From assembly GCA_025558095.1 (NCBI GenBank), contig JAIVFI010000007.1, forward strand, positions 620,001 to 684,000: DNA of 64,000 nucleotides. Reading direction: 5' to 3'. Position numbers and translations under genes: made by a program. The notes under the pieces were generated by a model, which was given only the letters and a program-made list of their open reading frames with translations, searched no databases and was not told where the DNA came from. This document shows positions 1 to 11,000 of the stretch, piece after piece (within the stretch, counting starts at the first letter, position 1; each line of letters begins with the position of its first letter). The DNA comes from Hyaloraphidium curvatum SAG 235-1 (Eukaryota; Fungi; Monoblepharomycota).

Positions 1-315
1 GAGGGGAAACGTCCACGTGCGCACCCGCTTGAGCTGCCCGAGCTGGTGCTCGTTGAGGGCGCCGGCCATTGCTGCCCACAGCTCGTCGCGCACGGTGCTC
101 TTCGCCGCTTGGTCGGTGCGCCTCTGCGAGTCGACCTCGCCGTCGCGGCGGAAAAAGTCGGGCACGGCGATGGGCGTCGGCGGCTCGGCATTGGTCTTGG
201 AGTGCCCGCCGACGGTGCCGCTGCGCTCGACGTGCGGGGCGACGCAGGCCGCGCGGCGGGCGTGCGGGCCCATCGTGAGGTACTTGTCGGCAGTCATGGC
301 GCGGGTGCCCGGCAT
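1..315 (-). CDS. Hypothetical protein, N-terminal part (runs off the window start)
   Basis: Open frame from ATG at 315 (MPGTRAMTADKYLTMGPH...RVRTWTFPL) to base 1 with no stop and GC3-rich codons; no family recognised. Confidence 0.5.
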   Translation of the reverse strand, partial: MPGTRAMTADKYLTMGPHARRAACVAPHVERSGTVGGHSKTNAEPPTPIAVPDFFRRDGEVDSQRRTDQAAKSTVRDELWAAMAGALNEHQLGQLKRVRTWTFPL

Positions 316-1256
316 CGTGATGAGTGATGAGTGATGAGCGGGGAGGGCTGCGGGGAGGGAGCTGTCAGGTCCGGGCGTGAGGAAGGAGAAGCCGACGGAG
401 CGCTGACCTGTCCTCCGCTGTGCAGGTGGCTATGCGATGAAGCGTTGCCGCGCTTCGAGGCGGCCACGATGCAGTGATGAGAGGTGGCGATGGAGTTCTG
501 CGCTGGGCCCTGATTTGCGCTTTCTCGCCCCGCGCCAGCCATCCACCTTGCGGAGATTCCTTGCCTAGTAACTCTTCCGTGAGGCCGATTCTGGGACTTC
601 CGAGCCATGGAACTTGAAGATGAATATAGTGATCATCGACAACGGGCGCTAAGGGGCGTCCACGAGGCGTCATGGGGCCTGGAGATGGAAACTTCGGTCC
701 TCAATTGTGGGTCAGGTCCATTGAAGCTCTTCCACGAACTAGCCAGGATACATCCAGGCAGAATCCGTCCCAGAACGTTCTAAACAAGTGGATGCCGTCT
801 TCCAGCTGTCCGTGGAGCTCCGTCGACGGAGCCCCGTAACGTATTCCAGTTCAAGCACGAGTGGACTTACCCGCGTCCAGCCCACGAGGGCGTATTTCTT
901 CTTTCCAATCGGCTACAGAGAGACGATCAAAAATGGATTCTAGTTCATTTGATTGGCTTTATCTCCAGATTCCATCAGCAGGCAAGGTGCTCGACGCGTT
1001 CCGCAGACCATTCGAAAAACGACCCGCAATGACACTCTTGACGTGATTCCGGGCCCTCCAACAGCAGCTCCATTCAGAAAGCATGCTGTAGCGTGGTGGA
1101 GCGAGATCCGCTTCACCCTGACGTTCATTGGACGTCTTCGTGCGACGAAATCGGTGATGTTTGGGACGCGAGATTCAATCAACCACGCGTCGACGTCTCC
1201 CAACGGGCCGACGTGTCGTTTGAAGAACAGAAGCAGAGCAGCGAGCGAACCGTGCG

Positions 1257-2193
1257 ATGCTCACCTACATTGTTACGGGCGCCAATCAGGGCATCGGGCT
1301 TGCCTGCGTCCGACAGCTCGCCCTCCGGGCCGAACAGCCGTCCACAATCTACCTGACGGCCCGGAATGCGGACAAGGGACTCAAAGCCCTAGCGGATCTC
1401 AAAGGGGAGCTCGCTGGGAAGAAAGTCCTTGCCGCGGAAGGCGGGAAAGCGGACATTGTGTTCCACCAGCTCGACGTCACTGACTCCAGCTCCGTCGACA
1501 AGCTGACAAAGGACGTCGGCCCGTCGGGAGTCGACGTTATCCTCAACAACACCGGCATCGCATGGAAAGGAGATGCCTTTGACGAGGAGGTCGCGAAAGG
1601 CACGCTGGCGACGAACTTCTGGGGCACGCTCGCCGTCACGCGGTCAATTTTGCCCTTCCTGAGGCAGAACGGGCGCGTCGTGAACGTTTCCAGCACCGCC
1701 GGACGGTTGCAATCGCTTTCGAAGAAGTTGCAGGAACGCTTCAGGGACCCGTCGCTGTCACTTGAGGATCTGGGCCGCCTGATGGACAAGTTCGTAAAGG
1801 ACGTCGCAGAGAACTGCTACGCTGCCGAGGGCTGGCCGCGGACAGGTGGGCTGCGGCATTTCAGGGTGAATCTACGTGGGTTTTTCGTAACGCGTTCTCG
1901 TTCCTTTTCCATTTCGTGCTCATGTGGGCTCAGCCTACGGGGTGTCAAAGGTTGGCGTCACAGCTATGACCAAAGTTCTGGCAAGGGAGATGGACAAGGA
2001 TCCGCGGGGCATAAAGGTCGTGTCTTGCTGCCCCGGCTGGGTCCGGACGAGCATGGCCGGCCCGCGCGCGCCGCTGAGCCCTGACGAGGGGGCCGACACT
2101 CCCGTTTATCTTTCCTTGGCGCCACTGGGCTCGCTCGTCAACGGCGCTTTCTATTCGAAGCGGGCCGTTTCTGATTCGCAGGTTGGCTTCTGA
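1257..2193 (+). CDS. Short-chain dehydrogenase/reductase, carbonyl reductase (CBR1-like)
   Basis: TGANQGIG Rossmann motif, NVSS; intron 1846-1933 joins GWPRT to AYGVSK (YxxxK); CCPGWVRT. Confidence 0.9.
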
Positions 2194-2256
2194 ACGCCAG
2201 CAGCCAGGCAGTAGCCCACAATAGATCGACGCGGCTTTTCCATTTCCACCGCTCCG

Positions 2257-2883
2257 TCAAGCTTCCAGCTTGCCCAGCTCCTTGAGGCGCTCGACGGCGC
2301 CTTCCACGATGATCTGGTGTTCTACGGAATGGATCCTCTCTTCCAGCGTCTCCAGCGTGTCCGAGTCCAGAATCGGCACCTCCCTCTTGAGCACCACCTC
2401 ACCGCGATCGACCTCGGCGATAACGCGGTGGACCATGACGCCGGTGCGCTTGATTTCGCCCTTCTGGAAGGCTTCGAAGGCCCGTTCGATGGCGTGGGCA
2501 CCGTCAAACTCCCCAGGAAGGGCCGGATGCAAATTGATGACGATATCAGGCAGCTTCTGGATGAAAGAGTCCGACAGAATGTGCATCCACCCCGCGAGGA
2601 CGACGAGGTCCGGCCTCTGGGAAGCGATCCTGTCCGCCAGGTCCACATCGTACTGCTCCCGCGTTTTCCCCGCGTCCTTGTACGGTTTGAGAGGGAAAAC
2701 CAGGGTTTCGATGCCCGCATTCGCGGCGCGCGTGAGGCCGTAAGCCGTTGAGCGGTTTGAAACGACGAGGGAGATTTCCGCGGGAAGGGCCCCGCTCGCG
2801 CTCGCGTCTATCAAGGCCTGGAGATTCGATCCATTTCCCGATATCAGGACGATGATGGACGGCTTCTTGGCGCTCGCGGCCAT
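2257..2883 (-). CDS. ADE8: Phosphoribosylglycinamide formyltransferase
   Basis: VLISGNGSNLQA, LAGWMHIL, INLHPALP, TGVMVHRV, VDRG; intronless. Confidence 0.95.
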   Translation of the reverse strand: MAASAKKPSIIVLISGNGSNLQALIDASASGALPAEISLVVSNRSTAYGLTRAANAGIETLVFPLKPYKDAGKTREQYDVDLADRIASQRPDLVVLAGWMHILSDSFIQKLPDIVINLHPALPGEFDGAHAIERAFEAFQKGEIKRTGVMVHRVIAEVDRGEVVLKREVPILDSDTLETLEERIHSVEHQIIVEGAVERLKELGKLEA

Positions 2884-3036
2884 TTTCAGACGCGTCTGGT
2901 GGACGTGTTGTTTGACTTTGCGTGTTGCGGGCCCCGCCGGTTCAACTCGACTTCCATTTGCACAATTCCCCGGAGCGCGGCCGGAGGTTCGGTGCGAGGC
3001 GAATGAACGGCAGCCACACGCATCTGTAGAACAGCC

Positions 3037-6000
3037 ATGCCGGGGTCCGGAACCGAGGAGTACAAGAAGAACATCGGTCTCGTCGGGTCGATTTCGCTCC
3101 TCATCTCGGCAATCACGGGGCCGGGCCTCATTACCGTGCCTCTTTCGTTCCAACAATCGGGATGGCTGCCGTACGTCTGGCGTGGCCGCTCTTTCGAATG
3201 CGGAGCTCATGGCTCGGGATGCTTTCCTGGACTCTGCGATTGCGACAGTTCCGTGTTCGTCTACGGGATGGTTTCGCTGCTTTCCTCACTCGGCGCGCTC
3301 CTCCTCGTCGGTGAGATCTCTCCTTGTCCTACCGTTATGCTCGGTAGCGGGATCTCCCGGCCGGGGCCGCCGAACGAGTTTTGACGGAGGACCGCCCTGC
3401 CCAGAGGCGCTCTCGAAGTACCCCGGAAACGGAGCTTTCCAGCGCAACGTCGAGCTTACGACGCTCGTTCAGCACTTTTGTGGGTTCTTTTTGACCCTTT
3501 CCCGGCTTCGACTCGGGGCTCTGCTCAGCGCCCCTCTCCATGAATCTGCAGACGGGCCGACGTACCATCTGATTACGCAGCTTACGCTCTTCTTGTCCAT
3601 GCAATCTGTCAACATTGCAAGCATCGTCATCTCTACCCAGGCCATTGACAGATTCTATCTGGCGGTAGCCGGCGGAACGTGCGGACTTGAGATGGGGTTC
3701 TCGCACGGACATTGGTGCGTGTGCCGCCTTAACACAGCCTAGAATCTAAAACCCTCCTGTTTCAAGGTCTTGCGTCAATGCTTTGACAGCTTCTGGAGGC
3801 CCTTCACCGTTCGTGGGAACGGTGACGGAGGGCAGTATGATTCTCTTCACCCTCGGATTCATAACCCTCATTCTGATCACGGTTCCCCTTTCTCTCTTGG
3901 ATCTAAACGACAGCATAGTCATTCAGTTCGGTGGGCCTATGTTTGGATTGGTTTTGCCGATGTCTTGGAACTAATGGTTGGCGTTCTCAGTTTCCATGTT
4001 GGTCCTCATTGGAGTCGTCATTTTCTGGTTCATTACCTTTACGGCGACGCCCTTGACCGCTTCGCTTGTGCCGGTGATTGGGCCCAACGCCGGGCCTTTG
4101 GTTGGGAACGTGCTTTCGAACTACGCTTTTATTACCACCGTGCCGAGTTGGTTGGGGGTCAAGCACCCGAGCGTCAGCGTGCACAAGGCCATCTTGACCT
4201 CGCTTGGGATCGCTCTAGTGTTGTACTTCACTGTCGGGCTCATTGGTGGGACTTTGCAAGTGATTTGGTCGGGCACCGTCTCATTCGGCTTCTCGCAGGC
4301 GGCATGTGGCACCCTTTTCCAAAGGACTCGGATCTTTTGACAGAGATCGACAACCAGGTCGTCAACATCATCTTTCCCCTATTCACGCTCGTCAGCAGTA
4401 TTCCTGTCAACATTATCAGTGAGATCAATCCGGCTGCACGCCCGCCAGATGGTTGATCTAGTTTGCGTGCCAGTTTTGCGTGCCAATCTAGTTCAGGCCA
4501 AGGTCTGCGGTCGCGGTTGGGCGATGTTTTGGTCAGCTGTGTTTCCTTTTCTTGTCTGCGTCCCGCTGCAGGTGGGCGTGATGTGGCGTGACCCGAAGGC
4601 TCCATCTCACGGCCTGTAGACGAGCGACTCCCTCAACACCTTCTTCAGCTGGGCGTCGCTCATCTTCTCTTCGCTGGCCAATTTTATCACGCCATTTCTC
4701 ATCTACATCTTCTTGCGGTCTCGGAAAAGCGGTGGGTTTGGTCGCTGAGTTGAGGGAGATTATTCACGGTTCCGAGCCAGACGACATTATAACGAACTTG
4801 CATCCGGAAATGTCGTCGCACTCCTTGAACACCGGGGAGCATTCCGATGAGGGCAGCCAGGAGCTGAACATGTCCGTGCAGAACCTGGAAGACGACGCTA
4901 AGCTCATGACTGTCAAGGTCGACCTGGCCGAGATCACCGCAACCCTCAAGGAGGCTGCCAATTCGAGGTCCACCGGAAGAAAAGGAATTGGCAGCGGCTC
5001 GAAAACCGAGAGCCTCGTCGGCAGCAGGTTCATTGGCTCCAAGTTCAGCATGGGCGGCAGATCGGGCGGGCGGGATAGCCGGCGCAATTCGGTGCTCCAG
5101 CCGGCTGTCGGCGGCAACTCGCTCGTTGGGAACCTTATGGCGCGGGCCGCAAGCAGAAACCTGTCGGACAAGGGTGCCGGTGGCCGGCGAAGGAGTTTCG
5201 TCGATCTCCAGCTCGCCTCATCGGTGGGCCTGTCGAGTATGAACCTGGCGGGAGCAAATGGAAACCTGGTTGAGGACCTGCCTGCGATCGTGGTTACGCC
5301 AGCCGTCGACAAGTCCGAGCCGCCAATGTCGGCGGTACAGCGTGACTTGGACCGCACTAGTGCAACGACGGCGTTTTCTCCCGCCCCTCCGGCGATCGAA
5401 GCCGAACTGGACGGATGGAAACAGTCACCTCTGCCGGCCAAAGGAGGTCAGACGGATTCGCCGAGGAGCGGCAACTCTTTCTCCCATTTTGGAGCACTGC
5501 AGACCATCCTGTCCACGAGCAACCTGGAAGCGGGCGAGGAAGAAACCCAACCTGGGGCGACGGCGGCGGCAGCGGAGAACAAACCGGAACCACGAGCAGC
5601 AAAGCAACCAGCACCGGTGAAGCAAGCAGCGGACGTCGCTGCATCTCCATCTGCCGTGGTGGTGCACGAGGAAGCCGTGCCTTCGAAACCACTGGAGAAA
5701 GCTTCGAGCGCCACGTTCCACATGCCTCGCTCAATGAAAAAGTCGGTGATTTCGATCAAGGATCCGCCTCCTCCAAAGACCGAGGCCAAGCCGCCGGCGC
5801 CGAAGCCACCTGCCCCACCTGCGCCGGAACCGTTGACGGAAAGGGACCTTCTGCCCCCCGGTCTTGGCAGCGTTTCGGAGTTGGGAAGACCGCTGATCAA
5901 GCTGACTCTGACACCGTTTGATTCCGACGTTCCAACGGACCAGGTGGGTCTCGACGGCAAAGTCAGGCAGCGGGCCCCACCCACAGTGGAAGAAGCGAAG

Positions 6001-7383
6001 GAGGAGCTGCCACGCAAAGTGGATACTGCGACAACGCACAACTCGGCTCCAACGAGTAACTCGGCTCCAACGAGCAACCCGGTTCCATGGCCATCCCCAC
6101 CAAAGGTGCGAAAGCAACGAAACCCGGAACCGCCAAAGCCAGAGGCTTCCAAGGCCCTGGCATTCCAAATCGATCATCCTTACGGGGTCCCTGCCGCTGC
6201 GGGCAAGAAGATGACTCTCGGGAAAGGCGCCGGATCAAGGAGAAGCTCGATCTCCCAATCCAGCGCAGCCGTACAGGGCAGTTCTGCTGCGATCGCCAAG
6301 GAGGGCGGTGTCGAGCGGCGCACCACCGCTAAAGCTGCAGAAGCCATGACACTGCCCCCCTTGCCATCGAAGACGGCACCAGCAGTGAGCACTGCGCAGC
6401 TGCCCCCGGCACCCGGACCTCCCGTTGCATGGACAGCGGATACTGTGGCCGGATCGGTTGCCGGACCGCCTAAATCGGCCTTCTCGCAGGCTTCTCGGAA
6501 GAGCACAGTGCCACTATCAGACTTGGACTCGGAGCGGCCCCACGCACGGGAGAGCTCGCCACCAAGGCGCTCATCGCTCACGGGGGCAAACGAACGCGCC
6601 TCTACTCCCGCGACGCAGGCATCGGGCGGCACGGCCGGGGTGCCACCGCCCGAGAACACTGGACAGATCCGCCCGGGAATGCGGCGAAGCTCCAAAGATG
6701 CGAGTGCGATCGGCGTGGCGCCGCTGGGGGTCGTCATGGACCTCTCTGCCGGGGCCGATCACGCTTCGACACTCTCATCGCCCTCGCCGACGGACAGCTC
6801 TCCGTCGTCGTCGCGCCCCAACTTCTCCAACTCCTCGAGCCCTACATCTACAAGTCCACTGCTACCAACCGAGCCTCAGGAATCGCCGGCATCCCCGCCT
6901 TCGAAGCGGAACAAGGTGCCATCCGTCGCAGGCTTTTACCTGGACCCCTATTACCGCAGCCGGCTGCAGGAACTGCAGCAGGCAAACCCGGACTATCCGC
7001 GGCCCGATCTCGATGGCTTGGATGCGCTCGATCAGCTGCTGCCGGAGGGGGTGAAGGCTTTCCAGGCGATCCCCGCGGCCCTGCTTGTCTTGCGCGTGTA
7101 CCACTGGTCCTGGTACTGGAACCGGATCGTGGGGCTGTTCTCCTGCTTCCTGTGCTGCATCAAGCTGCGCAGGGGCAAAAGGGTCGGGTCGCTGGGGTCG
7201 CAGAGGGCGATGCTCGGTGGGAATTCTGGAGCACTCGGTGGTGGCGAAGGCGACCGCGACGCCGGCACGCCCGTTGAGATCCAACCCCGATGGGTCGCGA
7301 TCGCGGCCCTCGCCGTGACTTCCTGTACGACCGTCGCCGTGATCGTGTGGAACATCGTAGCCGCTGCCCGAGGAACGCAATAG
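3037..7383 (+). CDS. Amino acid transporter (AAAP/Aa_trans-like) with a very long low-complexity loop before the last TM helix
   Basis: Multi-exon hydrophobic N-terminal part (ITGPGLITVPLSFQQSGW; NYAFITTVPSW), ~850 aa S/P/A-rich stretch, terminal TM WVAIAALAVTSCTTVAVIVWNIV. Confidence 0.75.
6040..6078 (+). repeat. 18-bp coding tandem repeat (NSAPTS x2)
   Basis: aactcggctccaacgagt followed by aactcggctccaacgagc aac. Confidence 0.8.
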
Positions 7384-7814
7384 AGTCGGACGAACGGGGC
7401 GTCCCCAGTTTTCTGCCCGCACGCGGCTGGTGAGGTCCGACCTTTTGTCTTGAGGCTCCACTTTCCTTTCTCACCCCTAAAAGCTCGCTCCGCGTGGGTT
7501 CTGAGGCTGTCAGACGGCGCATTTCGCAGCGCGCTCTCCGAATCAGGTGCGTACGGGTGACCGAGGCGAGTCCGGCAGGAAGCCGTGGCACGGAACCGGG
7601 CCGGGGCCCTGGCCGGTCTGAGTCGCCCGCAGGCAGCGCATCGCCCATCCCGCGGCGCCTTTTTCTTTGTTATGCGCCGGCAGGATGCCGCAGCCGGCGG
7701 GCAGACCGGCCTCCACCGACTGGAAGCACGTGCTGACTTTCCGCCGCTTTCCCTCCCCCCCTGTGGCTGCACCCCTCGCACAACACTACCGACTCCGCCG
7801 CGGTTCCGCCAGCC

Positions 7815-9440
7815 ATGGATTCAGAGACGTCTGTTGAATCGCAGGCCGCGGCGGCGCTTCCATCGCCAATGGATTCGCCGTCGAGGGCTGCGGGCGCCGC
7901 CGAGCGGTCGTCTTCGCCGACGAGCCCGGCCCCGCCGGGCATCAGCACAACCGTCGGCCCCACCGGTTCAGGACAGCAGCAAGCCCATGTGCTGCTACAC
8001 GGCCAGCAGCTCCAGCAGGCCCCGCTGTCGATCGCGGCTTCGTCGCTACCGACACCGTCGTCTTCGCCACCGTCGCTCCAGCACCTGCAGAACCAGCAAG
8101 CGCAGCAGCAGGCGGTCCCGCCCATTTCGAACGCCGATCTGCTCAAGTACCTCGCTGCGAACGGGCTCAATCCGGCGGATTTGGAGGCGATCCTGCGCCA
8201 GAGGGCGTACCAGCAGCAACTAGCGCAGGCGCAGGGCGCGGCCGACGTTGCTGACCTGGAGGACCGCCTGAACCGGCGCTTTGGAGACCTGGATCTTGAC
8301 GGCAGGAACGCCATGGGATACCAGCAACAGCTCGAGGAACAGCGTTGGCTTCGTCAGCAGCAGCAGCAGTACCGCATGCAGCAAGAAGGTTGGTTTCCCC
8401 GGCGCCTTCGCTGTGCGCACTGCGAGCCAAAACTGATTCCCTTTTCCTTCTGCAGCCGCACTTCGTGGCGTGCCGGGCAGCATCAACGCGGGCCGCCGCC
8501 AGGAGCTCATGGACCCGTACGAGGATCTGGTCATGCCCAGCACGGGCCGCATGTCGCCGACCGGCGGACGCGGATACCATCCTTCGATGGGAAGCACCGC
8601 TCTGGCCAACAACTACGAGAACGGCATTTCGGGCACCGGCTCGCAAGCGTCGTACGACGCCCTGCGCGACGGGGGCGTCGCTCCCGACTCATACGCCAAC
8701 AGCCTCGGCGGCGCCTTCCTCAACAACCTGTACGGCCCCGGTGCGCTCAATGCGTACGCCGCGTCGCAGCAGAGGAAGCCCTTCCACCAGAGGGACCTGC
8801 CCAACGTGACTCCTCCGGAAGGATACGTGTGCAAGCTCTGCTTCGTGGAGGGCCATTTTCTGAGGCACTGCCCTCTGTACAAGGAGAGGCCGAGGGGCGA
8901 GTACGACCCGTACCGCAAGATGTTTGGCGATTCGGTGCCGCCGGAGAACTACTTGTGCAAGGTTTGTCGCGTGCAGCAGTGTTCACGTGCGATCGCTTAC
9001 GATTCGACGCCGCGCAGCTCTGCTTCATTCCCGGTCACTGGATGAAGAACTGTGCTTTGTACAAGGAGCGCAACCCCGTCGTCAACGGGTTGAACGCCAA
9101 TGCCGCCCTCGCCGCCTACCGCAACGGCGTCATCAGCAAGGCTGATCTTGCCCTCGTCGCCAATGCCAGGATGGCTGCTGCTTACGGATACCGCAACGGG
9201 ATGGCTCCTCCGGGACTGGGTCCGCGCAAGCCCTTCAGCACGGTACCCCCCGAGGGCTACGTGTGCAAGGTTGGTTGGACTCGTGGGGCGGCGCTTTTGC
9301 ACCTGCTGACGGCCGCTGTCCAGATCTGCTCCATTCCCGGCCACTGGATCCAACAGTGCCCCCTGAAACACACCCAGCCTCCGCCTCACTACCAAGGGCT
9401 GCTCGCCGGCGAACGCATGGCCGAGCGACTGCTGGCCTGA
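7815..9440 (+). CDS. Zinc-knuckle protein with three CX2CX3GHX4C knuckles (ZCCHC24/Mpe1-type knuckle) and a Q-rich N-terminus
   Basis: PPEGYVCKLCFVEGHFLRHCP, PPENYLCK|LCFIPGHWMKNCA, PPEGYVCK|ICSIPGHWIQQCP; 3' end uncertain (9440, or ~9492 if a further intron is spliced). Confidence 0.8.
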   Translation: MDSETSVESQAAAALPSPMDSPSRAAGAAERSSSPTSPAPPGISTTVGPTGSGQQQAHVLLHGQQLQQAPLSIAASSLPTPSSSPPSLQHLQNQQAQQQAVPPISNADLLKYLAANGLNPADLEAILRQRAYQQQLAQAQGAADVADLEDRLNRRFGDLDLDGRNAMGYQQQLEEQRWLRQQQQQYRMQQEGWFPRRLRCAHCEPKLIPFSFCSRTSWRAGQHQRGPPPGAHGPVRGSGHAQHGPHVADRRTRIPSFDGKHRSGQQLRERHFGHRLASVVRRPARRGRRSRLIRQQPRRRLPQQPVRPRCAQCVRRVAAEEALPPEGPAQRDSSGRIRVQALLRGGPFSEALPSVQGEAEGRVRPVPQDVWRFGAAGELLVQGLSRAAVFTCDRLRFDAAQLCFIPGHWMKNCALYKERNPVVNGLNANAALAAYRNGVISKADLALVANARMAAAYGYRNGMAPPGLGPRKPFSTVPPEGYVCKVGWTRGAALLHLLTAAVQICSIPGHWIQQCPLKHTQPPPHYQGLLAGERMAERLLA

Positions 9441-9859
9441 CGGCCGGTCTCGCTCCATCCATGTTCCCAGGCGGCAGCCCCAACGGACGTGACTATTTGA
9501 ACTCTCCCGGAGTTCCGGAGGACAATCTACGCCACATTGAAAAAGCGCCGAACTCCGACATTTTGGAAAAAAATCAATGGCCACGATCTTGGGATACCGC
9601 CGTCACCTGGAAGAGTTGGGTATGGATAGAGCTGTTTCGGTATGATTGAATTTGCTCGTTTGGCACCATGTCGTCGCCGCCTCAGGGGCTGTGGATGCAA
9701 TACTTTGAGATTATCGTTGTTCTCCAACCGCCATGTACGAAAAAGGCCAAGGGATACGTTAGTTGTACTTGTAAACTCTGACTGCATTGAAAAATAGCAT
9801 CCGCCGCACAATTGTACAGAAAGCTTGGCCCGGTCGCCATGCCGTGCCCACCTGCGCCA

Positions 9860-10907
9860 TCAAGCCACTACTCCGGCCGCCCCGTGGCCATGTCCATTCG
9901 TTTCCGACTTCTTCAGCGTTCTCCCGAGCACGTTGTCCGTGATTTGTTGGTAAATCGGGAACAGCGCCGTGCCCGGATACCGATCGATCCACTTCCCGCC
10001 GTCGGCGCTTTCGATGGAGGCCACGAAAGACGGATCGATGGGAACCCGGCCAAGAAAGTCCACGCCAAACTCCTCAGCAAGGTCTTTCCCACCTCCGGAG
10101 GAGAAAATGTCGGTGCATTCCTGAGAAACCAACAAATGATCAGCTCACTTTCGCAGTTCCTGGAGGTGAACCAACCGAGCAGTGGGGGCATACGAAGCCG
10201 CTCATGTTCTCCACGATGCCCAGGATCGGGATCCCGACCGTCTTGCAGAATGTCAGCTCCTTCCTCACGTCCGAGAGCGCGACCTGCTGCGGCGTCGTGA
10301 CCACCACCGCGCCGTCCGGCTCGTACTCCTTCAGGTACTCGGCGATCGAGATGTGCTCGTCGGAAGTCCCAGGTGGCGTATCGATGAGCAGGAAATCGAG
10401 GTCGCCCCACACGACATCTTTCAGGAACTGCTTTATCATTGCTGAACGCCAAGCCTCAGATCAGATCGGCGTGCGAGAACGAACACGGCGACCTTACCGT
10501 TCTTTTTGGGACCCCGCCACACGATGGCATCGTCCTTGTTCGGCAAAAGGAACTGGATCGACATGACCGATAGCCGTTGTCCATCGTCTGCGCTGGCCGG
10601 AATCCATCTGAAGACGATTGCCCGAGAACAGCCACGAACGTCAGAGACAGTCCGCCCCGAAACGTCCGGCGCCGACGAACCCAGCCAACGACTGCCGGAT
10701 CTGCGCCCGCTCAAGGCCGAACATTTTGGGTATGCTCGGCCCGCAGAGGTCGATGTCCAGGACTCCAACCCGGTAGCCGCGGTGGTACAGCGTGAGGGCC
10801 AGCTGCGTGGTTACGGAGCTCTTGCCCACGCCGCCCTTGCCGGAGAGGATCAGCACGATGTGCTTGACCCCGGAGAGGTTCGGAAACTGTCCGCTGGCCG
10901 CCGCCAT
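9860..10907 (-). CDS. CFD1: Cytosolic Fe-S cluster assembly P-loop NTPase Cfd1/NUBP2
   Basis: [46 protein letters not shown]; lacks the N-terminal Cys cluster of Nbp35. Confidence 0.9.
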
Positions 10908-11000
10908 CGCCGAAAGCGAGATCTCTCGAAAGCAAGTTGAGAGGTATCAGACCGGGCGAGGTCGACCGCCACGAGATTGGGCGAAGTCCCACGTTGCCCG

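Noticed and set aside
318-338. (TGATGAG)x3 run resembling snoRNA C boxes
   Set aside because: Simple 7-bp repeat just upstream of an ATG; no convincing C/D structure
340-1250. Several short minus-strand ORFs between the first gene and the SDR gene
   Set aside because: No recognisable motif or consistent exon chain; could be a degenerate or orphan gene but unsupported
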